Shown: one piece after another, positions 25,470-34,889 of the stretch
Layout of the letters: every line of letters begins with the position of its first letter
Numbering within the stretch: position 1 is the stretch's first letter
DNA from: a virus
Direction: 5' to 3' (one strand)
DNA: 64,000 bases
Virus record (IMG/VR): IMGVR_UViG_3300033485_000002
Coordinates: 96,001-160,000 of that record
The notes under the pieces: generated by a model
The model's database searches: none
What the model was told of the DNA's origin: nothing
What the model saw: only the letters and a program-made list of their open reading frames with translations
Program-made: the position numbers and the translations under genes

Positions 25470-25848
25470 GTATCGTGACCTGAAGCGCTTGGCGCAACAG
25501 AAGCACTTCCGCTTGCGGGCACAGGAGCGGCTAGGATATGCACTGCGAGAGGAAGAGATCGCGGAGTTGCTTCGAAAGATCCAAGCTGGGGAAGCGGAGC
25601 TGATAACTCGTCCTTCAGCACGGTTGGTGCTTTGGCGAGTACTGGTGAATGGACGTTCAATGGTTGCTGTCTATGACCTGGAAACGGATGAACTGGTCAC
25701 GCTCATGGGTGAGACGATCTGGCAGAATCAGGAGATGAGCAAGTCCCCCCATGTGCGGGATGACGGTGTTCTTCGTTCTACTTTAGCGGAAACGCAGGCA
25801 GGAAGAGTGCTTGCGGAACTGTTGGAGAAGAAAAATGGGAACAGGTGA
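25459..25848 (+). CDS. Hypothetical phage protein (HFxxRAxER...VAVYD...LVT; RelE-like fold candidate)
   Basis: QKHFRLRAQERLG...MVAVYDLETDELVTLM. Confidence 0.65.
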   Translation: MSDKYRDLKRLAQQKHFRLRAQERLGYALREEEIAELLRKIQAGEAELITRPSARLVLWRVLVNGRSMVAVYDLETDELVTLMGETIWQNQEMSKSPHVRDDGVLRSTLAETQAGRVLAELLEKKNGNR

Positions 25849-26044
25849 TTTGGATGAAGAGGAGAGGCGCTACTGGGGTACGGGAGACTTTGAGCCGACT
25901 GTTTACAATACGGATATTGTGGACAGATCAATAGCGTATTTGCAGCAAGAGTATAAGCGCCCTTATTTGCGCCCAGAGCGAGATCTCGGGCTTGATGAGT
26001 CTTTAGTGGTAAACCTAAAAATGGTTGCGGACACAATGTTTTAG
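25835..26044 (+). CDS. Hypothetical protein
   Basis: GGAG SD. Confidence 0.5.
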   Translation: MGTGDLDEEERRYWGTGDFEPTVYNTDIVDRSIAYLQQEYKRPYLRPERDLGLDESLVVNLKMVADTMF

Positions 26045-26059
26045 GAGAAGGAGAGCGGT

Positions 26060-26560
26060 ATGAAGAGTTCTAGAGAGCTGAAGGACATGATTCTGCGCCG
26101 GATGGAGGAGCGTCAACAGGAACAGGAGCGGGAGGAGCTTGTAGAGCCTTCCTTCGCGGAAGATGAAGTGAAGATCCCGGAGTTAGATGAATTGGACGCA
26201 GAGGAACTGGTTTGGCAGGAAGAAGAGGACGATATTAACCACACCTTGATTGCGATCGAGGAAGAGGGTTTCGCTAGCTATGTAACGGGTAAACAGAGCG
26301 AGGAAAACCCGTACATGGCGGAAAACGAGATCCTGGCTGAAGCCTGGAATGAGGGCTGGATTAGCGCCCATGTGCAGACCTGCACTACGAACATTCTGTT
26401 GACAGCCAAGCGACTGGTGGAAGCAGAAACCCCCGAGGTTGCAGAGCAGGAAATGGCCAATCTCGAAGAGGCGGTTAATCTTGCTAAGGAAGCCCTCGAT
26501 TTCGAAGAGGCCGAGATGTTTTGGAAGGCTGTCCTCGAAGGTGGAGAGACTTCAGAGTGA
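26060..26560 (+). CDS. Acidic protein with RMF-like motif
   Basis: EEGFASYVTGKQSEENPY.......AWNEGW resembles ribosome-modulation-factor-like GxxAxxxG..xxPY...WxxGW. Confidence 0.6.
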   Translation: MKSSRELKDMILRRMEERQQEQEREELVEPSFAEDEVKIPELDELDAEELVWQEEEDDINHTLIAIEEEGFASYVTGKQSEENPYMAENEILAEAWNEGWISAHVQTCTTNILLTAKRLVEAETPEVAEQEMANLEEAVNLAKEALDFEEAEMFWKAVLEGGETSE

Positions 26561-26949
26561 CCAAGTGGAGCCGTTCTGTTGGTCTGAGCATCGTTCTGGC
26601 GATTTGCGCTGCATTTGCGTGGGCTGGAACCCCGCAAAGCCGCATGTATACCGTGACTTCAAAGAGTTCGGTCACGATCCCGGAACAGTATCGCCAGCCA
26701 ACCCCCCTGTGGGATATTCACGTCGGTAGCTGGTTGAATGAGGCCCGTCACCAAACTGGAGACTTGTATCTACACCGAATCGAGAAACTCGGATGGAAAT
26801 ACAAGATAAAGGATGATAGGGGCCGGATTTTCACATTGTACGCGGGACGAGACTGGAATCTCAGTCCCGGTACGATTTTGATTATCAGTGGTGAACCAGA
26901 CCGTACCGGTGTGTTTATTCCACAGGGGGAACGGTATTATGCCAAATAA
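26557..26949 (+). CDS. Secreted/periplasmic hypothetical protein
   Basis: Signal peptide VGLSIVLAICAAFAWA. Confidence 0.6.
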   Translation: MTKWSRSVGLSIVLAICAAFAWAGTPQSRMYTVTSKSSVTIPEQYRQPTPLWDIHVGSWLNEARHQTGDLYLHRIEKLGWKYKIKDDRGRIFTLYAGRDWNLSPGTILIISGEPDRTGVFIPQGERYYAK

Positions 26950-27379
26950 GTTTACTCCCCAAGAGTTACTCCAGCGTGCGCTCGTATTGCTTGGGGAAGA
27001 TTATGATGCAGAGAATGATTCGTTTTTCGTTGTGATTACGAAAGACGGCAAGCTTCCAGAGGCGCTGGTGGGTGACCAGCAGATTATCGGGGAACTGAAT
27101 CTCAAGACCGTTATTGCTTTCATCAACGAAGCTATCACTCAACTGTGTGCGACATTCGGAAGGCACCCTTACACTTTTATCGTGCGGCATATCCTCAGCC
27201 ATTTCATCGACCAAGAGCGGGTAGTACTCAACGAAGTACTAATGTCCCGAGCCACGCTGGGTGACATGTCCCCAGGCGAGGTGCTTGCCTTGCAAGCTCT
27301 AGAAGATGAGGGTGAGGATGTAGATACCGGCGCTAGAGCCTTTATCGTTAACCCGGCTATGGACGAGGTGAACAACTAG
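26939..27379 (+). CDS. Hypothetical protein
   Basis: ORF track; begins QELLQRALVLLGE. Confidence 0.65.
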   Translation: MPNKFTPQELLQRALVLLGEDYDAENDSFFVVITKDGKLPEALVGDQQIIGELNLKTVIAFINEAITQLCATFGRHPYTFIVRHILSHFIDQERVVLNEVLMSRATLGDMSPGEVLALQALEDEGEDVDTGARAFIVNPAMDEVNN

Positions 27380-27458
27380 TCGTAGTCAGCGTAGGACGAT
27401 CCTGGCGTTATCCCTCGGGTTTGCTCCCCCCGAGTAGGTAGCTCCCGCACTTCTATCT

Positions 27459-27487
27459 ACCCCCGGTGGCCACCGGGGGTCTTTTTT
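27459..27487 (+). terminator. Terminator formed by a perfect 22-bp palindrome
   Basis: ACCCCCGGTGGCCACCGGGGGT then CTTTTTT. Confidence 0.8.
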
Positions 27488-27514
27488 GCTATAGTGACCG
27501 GGCAGGAGGAGTAT

Positions 27515-27754
27515 ATGCCTAACGTAACCCTTGATAACGTCGTGGAATGTTTTACTTATCATCCGCCTGACGGTGAACAGCAGGTGCTCTATCACACCAT
27601 CCAGGAAGAGACCGTTCGGTTGGCAAAAACAATCTTGGAGTTGTGCCCGGAGTCCAGGGAAAAGGCACTGGCGATCACGAAGCTGCAAGAGGCTCGGATG
27701 TGGGCGAATGCGTCGATTGCGCTGAAGGGTGTGAAGACTAGCGACCTTAGCTAA
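27515..27754 (+). CDS. Acb2/Tad1-hairpin-like protein (putative immune-signal sponge)
   Basis: AGGAGG SD; FTYHPP...LAxxILELCPESREKALAITKLQEARMWANASIA. Confidence 0.7.
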   Translation: MPNVTLDNVVECFTYHPPDGEQQVLYHTIQEETVRLAKTILELCPESREKALAITKLQEARMWANASIALKGVKTSDLS

Positions 27755-27776
27755 TTAGCACCATCACTTAGCTGAG

Positions 27777-27813
27777 AGCGAGCTGCCGTCATTTATTGGG
27801 TGGCTCGCTTTTT
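27777..27813 (+). terminator. Terminator with TTTATT in loop
   Basis: AGCGAGCTGCC...GGTGGCTCGCT TTTT. Confidence 0.65.
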
Positions 27814-27832
27814 GTGTGCCCGGAGGTTGTGC

Positions 27833-28417
27833 GTGGCGCTAGTCTACCGAAACATCCTTGGCCCCATTGCAGGACCGGATGGGACGGTACTTGCATCGGG
27901 TGAGTTGCGCGTGAAGCCCCTTGCCCCAATCGTTGATGGCACCACCTTTATCTCACCGGATGAGCTGGTACTGTCGATTGTAGACGGGCTGTTTACGCTC
28001 ACGTTGGCCGCTCCTGCAAACTATGAGTTCCTGGTGATCGATCAGTACAATGAGACGCTATGGAACTTTCAGGCGGGGCTGAGCGGGGAGTCGGCAGCCG
28101 ACATTCGGTTGTCGGAATTGTACTTGCTGTCGGGGGTGGAAGTAGATGATGTTGTCGATCTTTCCTTTACTTTCCCCCAGCTTCTCGATGTTCCGGGGAC
28201 GTATGTCGATCAGGCTAATAAGCTGGTAAAGGTCAACGAGGCCGAAGACGGCTTGGTTTTTACGACGCCACTCCCAATTACAACTGGGAGTGGTAGCCCG
28301 GAAGGGGCTGTGACGGCTGCAATTGGTTCTCTGTTTTTGCGTCTTGATGGTGGTGTAGGTACAACTTTGTACGTCAAAGAATCCGGCACGGGGAATACCG
28401 GCTGGGCAGCTAAGTAG
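27833..28417 (+). CDS. Tail-fibre-associated protein (paralog of 33246 and N-terminus of 33876)
   Basis: GGAGG SD, GTG; C-terminal GSGSPEGAVTAAIGSLFLRLDGG.GTTLYVKESGTGNTGW. Confidence 0.75.
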   Translation: MALVYRNILGPIAGPDGTVLASGELRVKPLAPIVDGTTFISPDELVLSIVDGLFTLTLAAPANYEFLVIDQYNETLWNFQAGLSGESAADIRLSELYLLSGVEVDDVVDLSFTFPQLLDVPGTYVDQANKLVKVNEAEDGLVFTTPLPITTGSGSPEGAVTAAIGSLFLRLDGGVGTTLYVKESGTGNTGWAAK

Positions 28418-28428
28418 GAGGTTTTTCT

Positions 28429-30099
28429 ATGGCTATTGGTGACGACTTCAGCGTTTCTGTTGCTGGTGATATCCGGCACGTAAGCGGGGCAACAACTTAC
28501 ACGGTGCTAGAGTTGCACCGATGGCTCCAGAATCTTGCTGATGACCCGGCAGCTTCTGGCAATGATTATCTTGACATCACGAGTGCTACTCCGTCAGAGC
28601 GGTCAACGGATAACATTATTACGCTTAATAGCCCGTATAACATCGACGCGACCGCTGCCGAGTACCTCTACGACGGCTCGATCTCGCAGGGCGGTGGAGC
28701 CGAGATGTACAGCGGGCTGGTCGTCGTGGGATCGCTTGCTGGTACCACCACCCTCCAGGTGGTGCAGGACAACGCGCTCTATGACACCGACACTCCGTTC
28801 TGGGGCACTGGGCTGAATGCCGATGCCACTCAGAACATTCTGATGCGCTGTTTGATCCTGACCCGTACCGGAAGTGCCGACATCGACGGCAAGCGTATCC
28901 GTGTGTATGCCCGTGAATGGGGCGATACCTACGCGGAGTTCTCGGTGACCATGGGTCTCGGCAACTCGGTCGCGGCTATCTTCACCAACGATGACCTGAA
29001 CAACACCACTGGTTCAGGTACGGTTGCCACCTGGACCGAGATCACCAACGTCGAGGGTTACCAGACTATCGACCTGGGTAACGGCAACGGTGCCCGTCCG
29101 TACTACTCGCAGTGGAACAGGGCTTCTTACACCATCAATCAGCTCTATGAGCGTGCCAAGTACATTACTCGCCGTGGAACCAGTGAAACCATCCACGGGA
29201 TGGACGGAGAACTGTTCCGGGGCATCACGCACCAGTGGGCTTATGACGGAGAGACCGGTACTGCATTCGTTGAGGACGAGGAGCTGTCGTGGGGGACGGG
29301 TGCGACGGCTGGTACGGGCACGTTGCTCGCACTCAAGGATGATGGGAACGCCGGTACGGTGTGGATCCAGCTTCTTACCGGTGTTCCACCGACCGACGAT
29401 CTTGCCTTCGCGGGTGCTACCGCGCAAGCGGTGGTCAACGGCACTGTGACTTCCCGCTCCCTCCCGGCTGTGTTCATCGGGCAGTCCACGGGTTCAGCCA
29501 TCATCGGTGGTTTTGGTATCGGTATCGAATCGGGTGATCTGACCGTTAATGACAAGCTTTTCGACCTGACCAACACCCAGCAGACTCCTCCGAACAACGT
29601 CATCTTCTACGTGTACGGGTTAATCAGTGGTCAGGATCGTCTGTTGGTGACCAACGACAACGGTTCCGTGGGTATCGATACGGATCAGATGTTACTGGCT
29701 ACCACTTTGAACGGTGCCACTGAAACGTCAGTGGTTGTGGGTGCCGCGAGTATTCCGGCTGATACCCCCCAGACTGGTACACTTCGGATTGTGTTGGATG
29801 ATGGACGCCACCGAGCTGTTGCCTACACAGCGCACGATAGTGACGATACCTTCACCATTGCCAGTACTGACTTTACTGACCCGAACGACGCAACTGCCGG
29901 AAACGGTGTTTATATCGCGTACCTCGATAAGGAGGCAACGGCTGCGACCGAGTCGTTCACCGTGGTCTACTCCGCTCCCAGAACTCTGTTTGTACGGGTG
30001 CGTGACGGTGGTGCAACTCCAATCAAGACCTTCCAGACTACTGCTGGGTTAGGTGCTGGCGGTGGTTCGGCGACCGCGATTCGTACTCCGGATGCGTAA
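28429..30099 (+). CDS. Virion structural protein (556 aa, acidic beta-rich)
   Basis: AGGAGG SD; Thr/Gly/Asp-rich; tail cluster context. Confidence 0.75.
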   Translation: MAIGDDFSVSVAGDIRHVSGATTYTVLELHRWLQNLADDPAASGNDYLDITSATPSERSTDNIITLNSPYNIDATAAEYLYDGSISQGGGAEMYSGLVVVGSLAGTTTLQVVQDNALYDTDTPFWGTGLNADATQNILMRCLILTRTGSADIDGKRIRVYAREWGDTYAEFSVTMGLGNSVAAIFTNDDLNNTTGSGTVATWTEITNVEGYQTIDLGNGNGARPYYSQWNRASYTINQLYERAKYITRRGTSETIHGMDGELFRGITHQWAYDGETGTAFVEDEELSWGTGATAGTGTLLALKDDGNAGTVWIQLLTGVPPTDDLAFAGATAQAVVNGTVTSRSLPAVFIGQSTGSAIIGGFGIGIESGDLTVNDKLFDLTNTQQTPPNNVIFYVYGLISGQDRLLVTNDNGSVGIDTDQMLLATTLNGATETSVVVGAASIPADTPQTGTLRIVLDDGRHRAVAYTAHDSDDTFTIASTDFTDPNDATAGNGVYIAYLDKEATAATESFTVVYSAPRTLFVRVRDGGATPIKTFQTTAGLGAGGGSATAIRTPDA

Positions 30100-30107
30100 G
30101 GTGAGTA

Positions 30108-30596
30108 ATGACAGATGATGCGGTTAATCGTTGTGGAGGTTGTACTTTATGCTGTGACCTGTTAGAGGTCAAAGCCTTAGACAAACCTACACATACGGCA
30201 TGTAAATACTGTAGCTATGGCGTGGGGTGTTCCATCTATGGAGATGAGCAACGCCCCATCGCCTGCTCAGCCTATCAATGTGCCTACCTTTTCAATAAGA
30301 GTTGGCCGGAGTCCTTACGCCCTGATCGTTGTGGGGTTGTTTTCGAACCATTTAACGAAGATGAAAAACTCTGCTTCACAGCCTGTGTTTCTTTAGATTG
30401 GCCGAATGCTTGGCAGGAGGGGGCTGCGGCGGCTGCCATTGACCGCATGATGCGGGAAGATTGCGCTGTGATCGTTGTAGTTGGAGAAAAAAACCACGTT
30501 CTACTGCCCCCAGGTCAAACCCCAGAAATGGTTTGGGCGAGGTATGAACGTGTCGTGAGGCAGCTATGGCCGCACCGACTTACGCAACCGACTTAG
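30108..30596 (+). CDS. YkgJ-like cysteine-cluster (Zn/Fe-S) protein
   Basis: CGGCTLCC...CKYC...GCSIY...RPIACSAYQC...LRPDRCGVV. Confidence 0.8.
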   Translation: MTDDAVNRCGGCTLCCDLLEVKALDKPTHTACKYCSYGVGCSIYGDEQRPIACSAYQCAYLFNKSWPESLRPDRCGVVFEPFNEDEKLCFTACVSLDWPNAWQEGAAAAAIDRMMREDCAVIVVVGEKNHVLLPPGQTPEMVWARYERVVRQLWPHRLTQPT

Positions 30597-32395
30597 CCGA
30601 TATCACACTGTGTGAGTCGGGGAGTTTTACCGAGTTTACTGGCTATACGGCTGGTACTATCCAGACCGTACCTGAAACCGACTACTTCATCCAAGGTTCT
30701 GGTTGCGTCAGTTCTACTTGCAAAACTACCCTTAACAGCATTGCTTTCAACTATGGTAGTGGGGTAACCGTTCCATCCAATGGGGCTGTCCTCTACTGGC
30801 AAGCTTGCTGGGTGCCCAACTCGATGAACACGTTCACCAGTGGTGGTCAACGTTGTTTCATTGGTACAGATGTTAGTAATTTCAAAGCATGGATATCCGG
30901 TGGTAGCGATTTTCCGCCAAACCCGTATGGTGGTTGGAAGAACGTTGCTATTGACCCAACTGTAACAAATGATTACTCAGCAGGGACACTTACCACCTAT
31001 CAGTACTTCGGGGTTGGGCTTAACCTGCCAACCACCTACCCTGGCAAAGGTGCGATGTTCGGCATGGATGCCATCAGATATGGCCGTGCTGAATTTCGAG
31101 TCTATAACGGTGAGAGTGGAACCCCCGCAACTTTTGCGGGGATGGCGTCCAAGAACGACGCAAATGATGCGACGAATGGCTACAATCGATGGGGGCTGTT
31201 CCAGTCCGTTGCTGGTGGTTATCTGTGGAAAGGGCTGATCACATTAGGCTATTCCGCTGCTGTTTACTTCAGCGATTCGAACAAGACCATCCTGATTGAC
31301 GACTGCCCACGGGTGGGGTCAGCGTTTACCACGTTGGATATCAAGCAGTCGGGCAGTACGGTCATCATGACCAACTGTTCGTTCACAGCGTTAGGGACCA
31401 CTACTCGGGGCACCTGGACGACGACTGATAACGCAACGGTGACGCTGACGAACTGCGTGTTCACCGATATGGGCACCTTCGGTTTCTTGTCGAACACAAC
31501 GGCCACCGGTTGCACCTTCCGTCGTACCGACCAGATCACAGCTCCAGGATCGGATCTGACCGCTTCTAGAGTTGAGCTTAGCCGAGTTGCGGCTGATACA
31601 TCAGCGGTCGTGTGGAACGTAAACACGGATACTGATGGCTATCTAGATGACATGTACTTCAGCAAGGGTACGAATGCCCACCATGCTATCGAATTGGGTA
31701 CATCCAGCCCAACTGAAGTAACCCTTCGTGGCATCACGTTTTCCGGATTCAATGGTTCGAATGCGCAAAATGACTCGGTAATTCATGTTAAACGAACGAC
31801 TGGTGCAGTAGTCATTAACGCATCAGGGTGCAACGGCACCGTCAGCTACAAGACGGATGGTGCTACGGTTTCCGTTGTCAGTGATCCGGTCACTATTACG
31901 ATCACCGTGCAGGAAGTAGACGGCACCAAGATCCAGAGCGCTCGGGTACTGTTAACAGCCTCTGACGGTACCGGGCCTTTCCCCTTTGAAGAGACGGTGA
32001 CTATCGATAACACTGGGACTACCGCAACTGTAACCCACACCGGGCACGGGATGACTACCAATGACAAGGTGCTCATCGAAGGGGCTAGCCTCGCACTGAA
32101 TAACGGAGTGTTTTCGATTACTTATGTCTCTGATAATAGCTATACTTACACTATGTCGTCCGATCCTGGTGGAGACCCCACAGGCACCATCAAGGCAACC
32201 TTTGTCGCGGTGTCCGGGGAAACCAACAGTAGTGGAATTGCTACTGCAAGTCGTGTCTATTCGGCAGACCAGCCAGTTGTTGGTTGGGCGCGAAAAGCTT
32301 CGTCAGCACCTTATTACAAAACAGGACTAATCTCTGGAGTTGTTGATAGTACCACTGGTTACTCAGCAACCGTGCTTATGATTGAGGACGTATAA
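30566..32395 (+). CDS. Virion structural/tail protein with beta-helix segment
   Basis: MTNCSFT/LTNCVFT/ATGCTF repeats; ATVTHTGHGMTTNDKVLIEGA...NG.F.IT beta-barrel motif. Confidence 0.75.
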   Translation: MAAPTYATDLADITLCESGSFTEFTGYTAGTIQTVPETDYFIQGSGCVSSTCKTTLNSIAFNYGSGVTVPSNGAVLYWQACWVPNSMNTFTSGGQRCFIGTDVSNFKAWISGGSDFPPNPYGGWKNVAIDPTVTNDYSAGTLTTYQYFGVGLNLPTTYPGKGAMFGMDAIRYGRAEFRVYNGESGTPATFAGMASKNDANDATNGYNRWGLFQSVAGGYLWKGLITLGYSAAVYFSDSNKTILIDDCPRVGSAFTTLDIKQSGSTVIMTNCSFTALGTTTRGTWTTTDNATVTLTNCVFTDMGTFGFLSNTTATGCTFRRTDQITAPGSDLTASRVELSRVAADTSAVVWNVNTDTDGYLDDMYFSKGTNAHHAIELGTSSPTEVTLRGITFSGFNGSNAQNDSVIHVKRTTGAVVINASGCNGTVSYKTDGATVSVVSDPVTITITVQEVDGTKIQSARVLLTASDGTGPFPFEETVTIDNTGTTATVTHTGHGMTTNDKVLIEGASLALNNGVFSITYVSDNSYTYTMSSDPGGDPTGTIKATFVAVSGETNSSGIATASRVYSADQPVVGWARKASSAPYYKTGLISGVVDSTTGYSATVLMIEDV

Positions 32396-32649
32396 TGGAA
32401 AAAAGTGACTGGCAAAAACTGTATGAGGCTCTTGCAAATAGAACCGAAATGCTAGAGCGTGAAAACGCTTGGTTGAAGACGCAACTTTTAGTCGCTGGTG
32501 CTCAGAGTAAAACGTGGGAGAACGATAAGGAGCAACAGCAGACGATCATTCAACGAGAACTCACTCGACTCAATACCATGCACCAAGAACAAGCTGAAGA
32601 AATTGTTCGTCTGAAGACAGAATTAAGGAAATACCACGATGCAGATTGA
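32395..32649 (+). CDS. Coiled-coil hypothetical protein
   Basis: TAATG coupling. Confidence 0.6.
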   Translation: MEKSDWQKLYEALANRTEMLERENAWLKTQLLVAGAQSKTWENDKEQQQTIIQRELTRLNTMHQEQAEEIVRLKTELRKYHDAD

Positions 32650-33244
32650 CTGGGGCACCAAGGTTATCTATGTCTATAAAGCAGATGACTTTATGACAGA
32701 CCTTGGTGGGAATCTGTACGAGATGGACACCAATGCCTTTCGCCTTGCATTGAAGAATGCGGAAGACGATGAGGAAGGTATTCCTCATGACGACACCCAT
32801 AGCCACAATACTCAGGTTCTGCTTGGTGGCGTGATCTATGCCCGAGTGATCGAGATGATCAATGGCTACACCATCACTTTTGAGGATGGCCAGTACGCAG
32901 TTAACCTTAAGGGTTCGAATAACAATATTGCTGATGTCACCAATGTAAACCAAGTTTCCCTTCGAGTTTTCAACTCAGCGGGTCTCCAGGTCGTAGAGAC
33001 CGGGATTACTGGTTTAACGGATGAGGAAGCAGAAAATCTGGCGATAGCCGCAGGGCAGGCTACGTTTGCCCATCTTGCAGCAACGACAGCGGCAGAAGAG
33101 GCCGAGATTAGCCGGAAGCTCAGTACGAACAAGGCAGTGATCAGCCCAGATGATCTGCTTGTCACCGTTTATGACGACGATGGGACAACGGTACTTTACC
33201 AGTTCGATATTTCTTCGGATAAAAGGGTGAGAATACCACGATAA
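32639..33244 (+). CDS. Virion structural protein
   Basis: INGYTITFEDGQYAVNL.GSNNNI..V; C-terminal TVYDDDGTTVL. Confidence 0.7.
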   Translation: MQIDWGTKVIYVYKADDFMTDLGGNLYEMDTNAFRLALKNAEDDEEGIPHDDTHSHNTQVLLGGVIYARVIEMINGYTITFEDGQYAVNLKGSNNNIADVTNVNQVSLRVFNSAGLQVVETGITGLTDEEAENLAIAAGQATFAHLAATTAAEEAEISRKLSTNKAVISPDDLLVTVYDDDGTTVLYQFDISSDKRVRIPR

Positions 33245-33245
33245 C

Positions 33246-33875
33246 ATGGATATCTTCCCGGATTGGCTCGGTCAGTATGGAAGCAATGTCGTAGGCATTG
33301 CCGGATATCGTACTGTAACCGGCCCAATCAAGAATACCCAAGGGGGAAACCTTGCGAGTGGTATTTTACGGGTCAAACTCCGGGATCCAGTTATCGAGGG
33401 GACGATGTTCATTGTTCCGCAAGAGCTAGATGCTGAAATTGAAAATGGTATCGTTGCCATTAACCTTGCCGCACCCGGTCATTACGAATTCCTTGTCCTA
33501 AACCAGGACCACGATGCTCTGTGGGATTTCCAGTCTTACCTGTCGGATGACACAGATGCCCCGATCTCGTTGGCGGAGCTGTATATCTCCCAGACCGACG
33601 TAGAGCAGGATCTGACAACCATCCCCAGGACGTTTGTGGGGCTGCTGGACACGCCTAACAGCCTGTTAGGGGCCGGTGGCAAGCTCCTACAGATCGGGGA
33701 GGACGAGGCAGGGGTCCAGGTCACCTCTAAGATCCTATGGGGCACAGGAAGCCCACAGGGGGTCATTGTGGCCACTATTGGCACCATCTACATCCGGGAG
33801 GATGGTGGTGCCGGAACAACGATGTACGTTAAAGAATCTGGCAATGGTACGGCGAATGGATGGGTGGCGAAGTAA
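33246..33875 (+). CDS. Tail-fibre-associated protein (paralog of 27833)
   Basis: Collinear similarity incl. GTGSPQGVIVATIGTIYIREDGGAGTTMYVKESG. Confidence 0.75.
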   Translation: MDIFPDWLGQYGSNVVGIAGYRTVTGPIKNTQGGNLASGILRVKLRDPVIEGTMFIVPQELDAEIENGIVAINLAAPGHYEFLVLNQDHDALWDFQSYLSDDTDAPISLAELYISQTDVEQDLTTIPRTFVGLLDTPNSLLGAGGKLLQIGEDEAGVQVTSKILWGTGSPQGVIVATIGTIYIREDGGAGTTMYVKESGNGTANGWVAK

Positions 33876-34877
33876 ATGGCGCTTCAAACGCGACAGATTA
33901 CAGGTCCGATCGAGACCCCTGAGCATGAGGTTGTAGCTCAGGGTTTCTTGCGGATACAACTGTTATACCCAATTGCTGATGAAGACACCTTAGTTGCCCC
34001 GTTCAAGCTCGAATACAACATCACGAATGGTACACTTCCGGTAAGTTGTAAGCTCGCTGTACCGGGGTCATACCAGTTCCAGATTCTCGATATCGAGGAA
34101 GAGCGGGTGTGGACCTTCCAGGTCGAGGTGTTCCCGAACTCTGGAACCCCGATCTCGGTTGCTGAGTTATGGCTCTTGTCGAGGTTATTAGACGGGATAG
34201 GGGATGACGAAAATCCCGAGAATTTTGATGCCTCCCTCCTCGGGTCCAATGGCGCAACTGATGGGCAAGTCCTGACGGCTGATGGTGTTGGTGGGGCTGC
34301 CTGGGAGTTTGTGTCTGGATCCGGGTTAGGCGACATGCTCAAAATTGTCTACGACACCAATGACGATGGTCGAGTAGACGCCGCTGATCAGGCCACCGCA
34401 GCCGATTTGGCAGATGACTCAACTCGTTTTGGGGGGCTGCTACCAGCCGATTTTCAAGAGGCGCTTCAGGATGCCACAACGGAAGGAACGCTTCTTACCT
34501 GGGACACGACGTTAGAGGCGTATACCCCAAATGGGAATGCGCAACTTACAGATGGGGGCACGCTATACGTCACTGGGCTGCATGTCACGGGAGCGACATT
34601 CGGCAACGTGTTCGTGATGAATCAGGTTTATTATTCGATAGGGGGCGAGACGCATGTGCTCGTCATAATGGAAGATGACGTGGAAGTCCGGTTACCGGAC
34701 CCTATCGAAAGCAATGGACGTGTGATTGAGATCAAGAAGGGGTCAGCGGACGGGAAATTGGTCATGATCTCATCGGCTGGAACTGGGAAAATCGACGGTG
34801 AGGCCAACTATTACTTGAACTATAAGTATGAAGCAATCACCTGCGTGGCTATGAACAACGGGTGGTTCATCTTCTAA
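33876..34877 (+). CDS. Tail-fibre-like protein
   Basis: Shared N-terminal domain; GQVLTADG.GG..W; GDMLKIVYDTNDDGRVDAAD; C-terminal VRLP...GRVIEIKK...IDG...YEAIT..NGWFI. Confidence 0.75.
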   Translation: MALQTRQITGPIETPEHEVVAQGFLRIQLLYPIADEDTLVAPFKLEYNITNGTLPVSCKLAVPGSYQFQILDIEEERVWTFQVEVFPNSGTPISVAELWLLSRLLDGIGDDENPENFDASLLGSNGATDGQVLTADGVGGAAWEFVSGSGLGDMLKIVYDTNDDGRVDAADQATAADLADDSTRFGGLLPADFQEALQDATTEGTLLTWDTTLEAYTPNGNAQLTDGGTLYVTGLHVTGATFGNVFVMNQVYYSIGGETHVLVIMEDDVEVRLPDPIESNGRVIEIKKGSADGKLVMISSAGTGKIDGEANYYLNYKYEAITCVAMNNGWFIF

Positions 34878-34889
34878 GGAGATTGAGAT

